Shown: piece after piece, positions 48,458 to 53,513 of the stretch
How positions within the stretch are numbered: the first letter of the stretch is position 1
How the letters are laid out: each line of letters starts with the position of its first letter
From: a virus
Taxonomy: Duplodnaviria > Caudoviricetes
Length of the DNA stretch: 53,513 bases
Direction: 5' to 3' (one strand)
IMG/VR virus record: IMGVR_UViG_3300025652_000095
Location: 1 to 53,513 of that record
Notes under the pieces: model-generated
Told to the model about the DNA's origin: nothing
The model's database searches: none
What the model saw: the letters and a program-made list of their open reading frames with translations, nothing else
Position numbers and translations under genes: made by a program

Positions 48458-48892
48458 TTAATTATTTATTAATGCTTTAAATCTTGTTAAAGGTAACACT
48501 TTATATTTACTGTGTTTATAGGGTCTATCCCACATTACCTTTGTATACTCGTCATCAAGTATCGGTACTTTATACAATACTATTTTGTTTTCTTCTTTAG
48601 ATTTTTTGTGGTCTATACGTACATGAAAAGGTCTTTTGTGAGGAAACCTCTTTAAATACATACTCCCAAGGTTTAAAGGCATTTTAAGGACTTCTTGTTC
48701 TTTAGCTATAACATTAATCCATTCTTCTAAAAAAGCTTCTAAAATCGCATAATATTCGCTATACGATAGCATTCTGTCCTTTGTTGTACCACTGACTCTA
48801 ATTTCTTTTTTAATTGAGTCGTAAATATCTTTTAAAGTAGTATACTTGTTTTTGTATTTTTTACTGTACTCCTGGTTCTTTACTTCCCGCAT
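48458..48892 (-). CDS. IHF/HU-like protein of the crAss-like structural block
   Basis: Basic; helical N-terminus then LKMP.NLG.M.L.R...ID..KSKE..K...Y....W pattern. Confidence 0.6.
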   Translation of the reverse strand: MREVKNQEYSKKYKNKYTTLKDIYDSIKKEIRVSGTTKDRMLSYSEYYAILEAFLEEWINVIAKEQEVLKMPLNLGSMYLKRFPHKRPFHVRIDHKKSKEENKIVLYKVPILDDEYTKVMWDRPYKHSKYKVLPLTRFKALINN

Positions 48893-49511
48893 TTTCGTCT
48901 ACTTGGTTATTAGCTGATTTTGCATTTGTAGATAACATAACATTAAACTCTAGTTGCAATACGTTTTGAACTAGTAGAGGGATTAATTCTTCTGGAATAG
49001 GATATTGAGTAGTTTCATCGCTACTATAAGAAGAAACTGTAGTAGGGTCAGAAAATACTCCATTTATCTCTAGAGAACCGTCACTAACCAAAGACTCACC
49101 CTCCCAAACATATAGTTTCCTATCGGAAAGCGTAGAAATCTTACTCCCTCCTTTAAGTATAAACCTAGAGTTGTTCACGAACACTCGGTCATGATTTTGA
49201 ACTATAGGCAATGGTACGTAAGAAGAATCTACTGAAGAGTCATCTTTGTAAGCAATACTTCTAATAGCTCTATTGTCATTGAATCCTACCAAACCAAGCT
49301 CTATACCATTAGAGCTGGGGGTAGTAGAGTGTACTTGAAAAATAGCATTAGAAGCTTTCTTCCCGTTGTCAGTATACTGAATCAATAAATTAGCTCTATG
49401 GTAGTTTACCATAAACTTTATCTGTCTCAGTGATACATCTGAATCGTCAGAAGCTACACCTCCTGATACGAGGTTTTTAATGTTGTACGCAATTTCGTTT
49501 AGTGTTGCCAT
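48861..49511 (-). CDS. Tail ring / head-tail connector protein
   Basis: MATLNEIAYNI...RQIKF...HRA.L and GVF.DP...YPIP motifs; synteny with crAss-like ring genes. Confidence 0.7.
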   Translation of the reverse strand: MATLNEIAYNIKNLVSGGVASDDSDVSLRQIKFMVNYHRANLLIQYTDNGKKASNAIFQVHSTTPSSNGIELGLVGFNDNRAIRSIAYKDDSSVDSSYVPLPIVQNHDRVFVNNSRFILKGGSKISTLSDRKLYVWEGESLVSDGSLEINGVFSDPTTVSSYSSDETTQYPIPEELIPLLVQNVLQLEFNVMLSTNAKSANNQVDENAGSKEPGVQ

Positions 49512-49526
49512 AGTTTTTTATTAATA

Positions 49527-49564
49527 AGAAAGGGCAAAGTAAGTTTCCCTACCTCACCCTTTCT
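49527..49564 (-). terminator. 17-bp hairpin with GAAA tetraloop (terminator or processing/stability element)
   Basis: Minus-strand AGAAAGGGUGAGGUAGG-GAAA-CUUACUUUGCCCUUUCU, with 4 G-U pairs. Confidence 0.6.
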
Positions 49565-49589
49565 AGAAAGCAGGGAGCAAAAAGCATCG

Positions 49590-50177
49590 TTATACTCGTC
49601 GTTCAGTTATTTCTGCCTGAATCAGTTGGTATCTTGGGTCTCCCAATGTCGCCAAGATTTTACGAGCTGCAATCTGACATACCTCTTCATGGGTAGTCGC
49701 ATCTAAGTTAGTAAACAATGTTGTATGCTGTAAGTAAGTAAAAACACAAACAGTTGCTGAAGCAAACCCAATAGAGTTTACATTACCACCCTGAAAGTAA
49801 ATAACAGGGTTAGAAGAATCAGCTTTATTAAAAGGGTCATTTAAGTATGCACTTATATCACCTATCTGAACTACTTTTACATTTACATTAGGAGAGGTTT
49901 TTACATAAGCTGATAAAAATCTACCGTATGTGTCATCTCCGTCTAATGTATCTATAGCACTAGCTGTACCATCTACTAAACTTACGTCTTTAGATATAAC
50001 TAGTTTTTGTAGTTTATCTCTACTATCTTGTGTAGTTTCAAAAGCACTATAATATTGCTGAATAAACTCTTCTGTCGCCATTGCTAAAAAAGCATCTAAG
50101 TCTGCGTCAATAAAGAAAGCCGTAGCTTCACTATCTATAATGTTTCTAATCCTAGTTCTAGCAGCAGCTGCATCCAT
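49590..50177 (-). CDS. Head-tail adaptor / ring protein
   Basis: ID......F....LD.FL..A, FE.TQ..RD.L..L, DPFNK and HEEVC..A motifs; position after the capsid genes. Confidence 0.7.
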   Translation of the reverse strand: MDAAAARTRIRNIIDSEATAFFIDADLDAFLAMATEEFIQQYYSAFETTQDSRDKLQKLVISKDVSLVDGTASAIDTLDGDDTYGRFLSAYVKTSPNVNVKVVQIGDISAYLNDPFNKADSSNPVIYFQGGNVNSIGFASATVCVFTYLQHTTLFTNLDATTHEEVCQIAARKILATLGDPRYQLIQAEITERRV

Positions 50178-50182
50178 TTTAC

Positions 50183-50851
50183 TTAAGCTTTAGCATTCTT
50201 TTTATTAGGTAATTTCTCACCTCGAATTTCGTTCTTCAAGATAGCTAAAATATCTTTATGGTCTTTTAGCCAAACTAGTACTTGTTCTTCGTTAGTTCCA
50301 ATCGCTTCTTTTCCATAGAAGTAAGTGTTATTCTTAAGGTTAAGCTTCTTTGCTTTTAACGCCTGAATGATAAATACTCTTAAGTCTTTTTCAGGGTCAA
50401 ATTGCTTATCCATAAATGCATCAGGACTAGATTGAGCTACTTCAATTATTTTAGCTCTAAGTACATCTAAATCTGAATTTAAATTATATCCAGATAATGT
50501 AGCATAATCTACAACATCTTTGTCTGACATCTTTGCAGCTTCAATAATAGCTCTTGCCGAATCTAAAGTAGATTTAGTTTTAACTCTTTCTTGCTCTGCT
50601 ATATCTAATCTAGACCACTCGCCCGATAAAACAAAAGGGCTTTCTTTTAAAAATTCATCTATTAAAACATGCCCTTCATTGCTCATGTCTAATAAAACTA
50701 CTGGGTTTGTAAACCTAAGTTTACTAGATAAACCATTAATATCTTCATATGTAACAAGTTTACCGTTTTTTAATCTGTACGAACTAAACTCATAAAAATT
50801 AAAATTTTTGTGTTTGTAGTACTCGTACTTTACGAAATTTTGCTCTGCCAT
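50183..50851 (-). CDS. Conserved structural-block protein downstream of MCP
   Basis: 222-aa ORF; C-terminal Y.YG...IG...E....WLK pattern; synteny. Confidence 0.65.
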   Translation of the reverse strand: MAEQNFVKYEYYKHKNFNFYEFSSYRLKNGKLVTYEDINGLSSKLRFTNPVVLLDMSNEGHVLIDEFLKESPFVLSGEWSRLDIAEQERVKTKSTLDSARAIIEAAKMSDKDVVDYATLSGYNLNSDLDVLRAKIIEVAQSSPDAFMDKQFDPEKDLRVFIIQALKAKKLNLKNNTYFYGKEAIGTNEEQVLVWLKDHKDILAILKNEIRGEKLPNKKNAKA

Positions 50852-50880
50852 AATCTTTGCTTTTTTTGTTTTTAATTTAT

Positions 50881-50910
50881 AAAAATAAACACACCCCCGA
50901 AGGGGTGCGC
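50881..50910 (-). terminator. Rho-independent terminator after the major capsid gene
   Basis: GCGCACCCC-UUCG-GGGGUGUGU followed by UUAUUUUU. Confidence 0.9.
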
Positions 50911-50925
50911 TTAATTATACACTTA

Positions 50926-52404
50926 TTAGATTGAAACGTTAAACGGCTTCAAAATACCACAAGAAAGTGGGTTTCTTACAATAATACCAGATTGCGTTAA
51001 CCAGTGACATTCAAATTTGTCATCACCAGAAGCAGCAAGCATAGATTTAGAATCGTAAGGGTTAATCATTCCAGGTACGTATTTCTTAACCCAGTTACGG
51101 TTAACTCCTTCTGCACCTTTAGCAATAAGCTCAATATTGCTTACACCTTGGTTTACACTCATGTCTAAGAATACCATAACTCCTGAAAGAGCAGTAGTAG
51201 CTTTAAACGTGCTTCCAATTGCATCATTATTAGCGTAAGCAGGGTTAGGAGCAATATTAGGGTCATCAAATACTGGGCAGTGTGCTACAGTAATCTTATT
51301 TCCTAATGCGTAGTAAGTAGAGAAGTTTGCACCTAAAGCTACATCTTGTCCAGCTTTATCTACTAATACAGAAGCACCACCAGCACCGTTTAATACTAAG
51401 AAATCTTTCATTGCTTTAGCAAACTGAACTTTTCCTTGTGTTCCAGTAAATACTACATACTCGTTACCTGTAGCGTTTTGTGCATTCATGGTAAGGTTAC
51501 CAATGAATTCAGTTAAAACATCTACAGATAATTCTGCATTATTAGCACCGTTAGTACCATACGTCAAAGTGTTAGCACCTTTGATTTGCTCAAAAAGACC
51601 ATCTCCAATAACAGGTACACCTGATAACTGAGTTTGTTGTTGACCAGCAACGGTAATGTCTCCAGACATAGTAGATTTACCAAACCATCTCATTACTTCT
51701 AGGTCGTACATAAACTGAGCTTCAGTTTGTTGCTCTTTAGTAAAGAACCATAGTCTGTGACCATTGTGCTCAACCCAAGTAATGTCTGTTAAGTCAGTAG
51801 CATCAATAACTAATTTCTTACGAGAAATAGTTACATAGTTTTTGTGAGTTTCTGGGTAAGAGTAACCCTCTCCTACAGTACTACCTTCAGAACCTTCACC
51901 GAATGCGTTACCAATAATTGCTACTACATCATCTGCAGTACCAATAGTAACGCTGTTTCCAATAGCTTGTAAAGACTTAGTTGCTACAGTAGCGTGGTCC
52001 TCAGACCCAGTACCTGCAGTAACCGAAGTTACGTGGAATTGGTAACCACCAATACGAATAATGTCATTTGCATTAATCATACAGGTGTTTCCTCCTGTGT
52101 GGTCTTTTACATCAAAAGAAATTGCTGCACCAGCTGCAATTGCACCGTCTGATGCAAGAGTAACCGTAGCGTCTAAGATTTGTTTTTGTCTGTAACGACC
52201 CATTGCTTTCCATTCAAAAGAGTTGTCTCCAAGCACTTTTTCACTAGCACCGAAACCTAGTTTTTCAAGTAGGTAAGTAGTAGTGTAACGTGGGTACAAT
52301 TCGATTACTTTTTTTGCAATCTCTGGGTACTTCAATAAATTTGCAGTTAGCGAGTTGTCCGCTGTTGCTTGACTGGCATCATATTTAGCCGAATAAACTT
52401 TCAT
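50926..52404 (-). CDS. Major capsid protein (crAss-like, HK97 fold)
   Basis: 492 aa; N....RK, G.GL.EQI, TG..G...F, HCP.FDD and GIIVRNP motifs; strong terminator downstream; acidic scaffold-like gene upstream. Confidence 0.85.
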   Translation of the reverse strand: MKVYSAKYDASQATADNSLTANLLKYPEIAKKVIELYPRYTTTYLLEKLGFGASEKVLGDNSFEWKAMGRYRQKQILDATVTLASDGAIAAGAAISFDVKDHTGGNTCMINANDIIRIGGYQFHVTSVTAGTGSEDHATVATKSLQAIGNSVTIGTADDVVAIIGNAFGEGSEGSTVGEGYSYPETHKNYVTISRKKLVIDATDLTDITWVEHNGHRLWFFTKEQQTEAQFMYDLEVMRWFGKSTMSGDITVAGQQQTQLSGVPVIGDGLFEQIKGANTLTYGTNGANNAELSVDVLTEFIGNLTMNAQNATGNEYVVFTGTQGKVQFAKAMKDFLVLNGAGGASVLVDKAGQDVALGANFSTYYALGNKITVAHCPVFDDPNIAPNPAYANNDAIGSTFKATTALSGVMVFLDMSVNQGVSNIELIAKGAEGVNRNWVKKYVPGMINPYDSKSMLAASGDDKFECHWLTQSGIIVRNPLSCGILKPFNVSI

Positions 52405-52456
52405 TTGTTCTAAATTTTAAAAATTAAATAATTGTTTTATAAACATTGTACAATTA

Positions 52457-53467
52457 CTAACCTAAGAACTTGTTAGGGTCGAAACCTTTTTTTACAGGTT
52501 CAAAGTTTTTGGTAGAACGTCCACCTCTACTAGGTGATGTAATACCATCAAGAACTTTAGATTTTCCTTGTTCGACGCCTTGCGTTCTAATCATCTTGAA
52601 AATCCTATCCTTGTTTTGCCATAGAAAAGCGGCCTCCGCAACATTGGCATGAGACTCAAAAATATCTTGGGCAAAATTCCCTTTGGTTATATAACTATAC
52701 AGTCGTTTCTTTTCTTTCTGAGAAACCTTCCCACCAAAAAACTCTTCTTTTTTCTTAATGAAGTTTTGAAGTTCTTTTTTTGATTTAAGCGAAGCTTCCT
52801 CTTTTTGCTTTTCTCCTTGTTGCTTTTCTGTTCTAAGCCTATCCTTTTCATTGTGAATATGCTTATTTAGTTGCTGACGTATTAATGTGGCTTCTCTCTT
52901 AAGAAGTCCTGCGTCCGTCAGCCTATCTATCGTGTCCTCTATAGACTCATCTTCATACTTTGATGCTCTCATATCAGCGATAACTAAATCTTTGTCAGAA
53001 AGCTCTAAATAAGAGTTAAGGTTTTCGATTACCTCGTTTTCTTTTGCTTGCGGTTTTAAAGCGTCTTTAACTTTTTCTAAAAACTCTTCTTTACTGCCAG
53101 CTTCTATGCCTGCTTCTTTACTAAGCTCGTTCCAATCTAGTTCTGGTGCAGCTTCTGCTTGCACCTCTTCTGTTTCGTCCCAATCTGAGTCTTCTTCAGT
53201 TGCTTCTTCAGTATCTGTAACTTCTTCTGTAGCTTCTGCTTGAGGCTCTTCTACCTCGACGTTATCCCAAGAAAAATCATCAGATTCTTCAACTTCTTGA
53301 GCTTCAGCTACTTCTGCTGTTTCTACATTTTCCTCAGTTTCTGTAGTCTCTGTCAACGCTTCAGCTGACTCAACTTCTTGACCTAAGAATGAACTAGGGT
53401 CAAAACCTTGTGGAGTTTCTTCTGTAGACGATACTGCGTCTTCAATTAATTTGCTTTCTTCTGCCAT
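52457..53467 (-). CDS. Acidic scaffold-like protein upstream of MCP
   Basis: Very Glu-rich low-complexity N-terminus and coiled-coil C-terminus; position immediately before MCP. Confidence 0.7.
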   Translation of the reverse strand: MAEESKLIEDAVSSTEETPQGFDPSSFLGQEVESAEALTETTETEENVETAEVAEAQEVEESDDFSWDNVEVEEPQAEATEEVTDTEEATEEDSDWDETEEVQAEAAPELDWNELSKEAGIEAGSKEEFLEKVKDALKPQAKENEVIENLNSYLELSDKDLVIADMRASKYEDESIEDTIDRLTDAGLLKREATLIRQQLNKHIHNEKDRLRTEKQQGEKQKEEASLKSKKELQNFIKKKEEFFGGKVSQKEKKRLYSYITKGNFAQDIFESHANVAEAAFLWQNKDRIFKMIRTQGVEQGKSKVLDGITSPSRGGRSTKNFEPVKKGFDPNKFLG

Positions 53468-53490
53468 TTTGTTTTGCTTTTAACTGTTTA

Positions 53491-53498
53491 CAAATATA
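53491..53498 (-). promoter_or_regulatory. Bacteroidetes-type -7 promoter element TATATTTG
   Basis: TAnnTTTG match 23 nt upstream of the scaffold gene start. Confidence 0.6.
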
Positions 53499-53513
53499 TT
53501 ACTTTTTTTCTAT

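Noticed and set aside
760-52652. Many short antisense or alternate-frame ORFs in the ORF track (e.g. 2613-3032, 25411-25833, 40320-40808)
   Set aside because: They lie fully inside well-supported genes, have S/L/F-rich shadow composition and no motifs.
53130-53360. TCTTC/TTC-rich quasi-repeats
   Set aside because: Explained by Glu-rich low-complexity coding of the scaffold-like protein on the minus strand.
1-53513. Stop-codon reassignment (TAG/TGA), known in some crAss-like phages
   Set aside because: Standard-code ORFs tile the window tightly, including a 4174-aa ORF. TAG and TGA occur at real gene junctions (e.g. 20076, 41619, 9440), and no suppressor tRNA was seen.
1-53513. Diversity-generating retroelement, CRISPR array, integrase or transposase
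   Set aside because: No reverse transcriptase motifs, no near-identical template/variable repeat pair, no regularly spaced direct repeats and no recombinase motifs were found by eye.

Overview
An AT-rich, densely coding segment of a lytic dsDNA phage genome, most likely a crAss-like (Crassvirales-type) podophage of a Bacteroidetes/Flavobacteria host. All calls come from motif recognition by eye; no searches were run. Positions 1-5511 (+ strand) are the end of a replication/recombination block: AAA ATPase, SSB-like, NinB-like, RusA-like, RecE-like nuclease, GGCT, DnaA-C-like HTH and HNH genes. This block also holds a small RNA/peptide island at about 4450-5030. Positions 5500-53467 (- strand) are the late block, read right to left: scaffold-like protein, major capsid protein, ring/adaptor proteins, IHF-like protein, tail stabilisation/muzzle protein, cargo proteins (one with a GH73 muramidase), a 4174-aa virion RNA polymerase polyprotein (DLDGD motif plus HExxH), several fibre modules, a lysis-type cassette, small basic proteins, a metallophosphoesterase and PhoH. 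The standard genetic code fits. The most unusual signals are: (i) a tRNA-like gene with a GUC anticodon, a class II-type D arm and a 78-nt structured variable region; (ii) an unannotated 48-aa ORF that looks like a free-standing ribonucleotide reductase C-terminal CxxC tail; (iii) an adjacent four-hairpin candidate ncRNA; and (iv) a lysis-linked cassette with a secreted thioredoxin-fold protein lacking CxxC between two paralogous membrane proteins.
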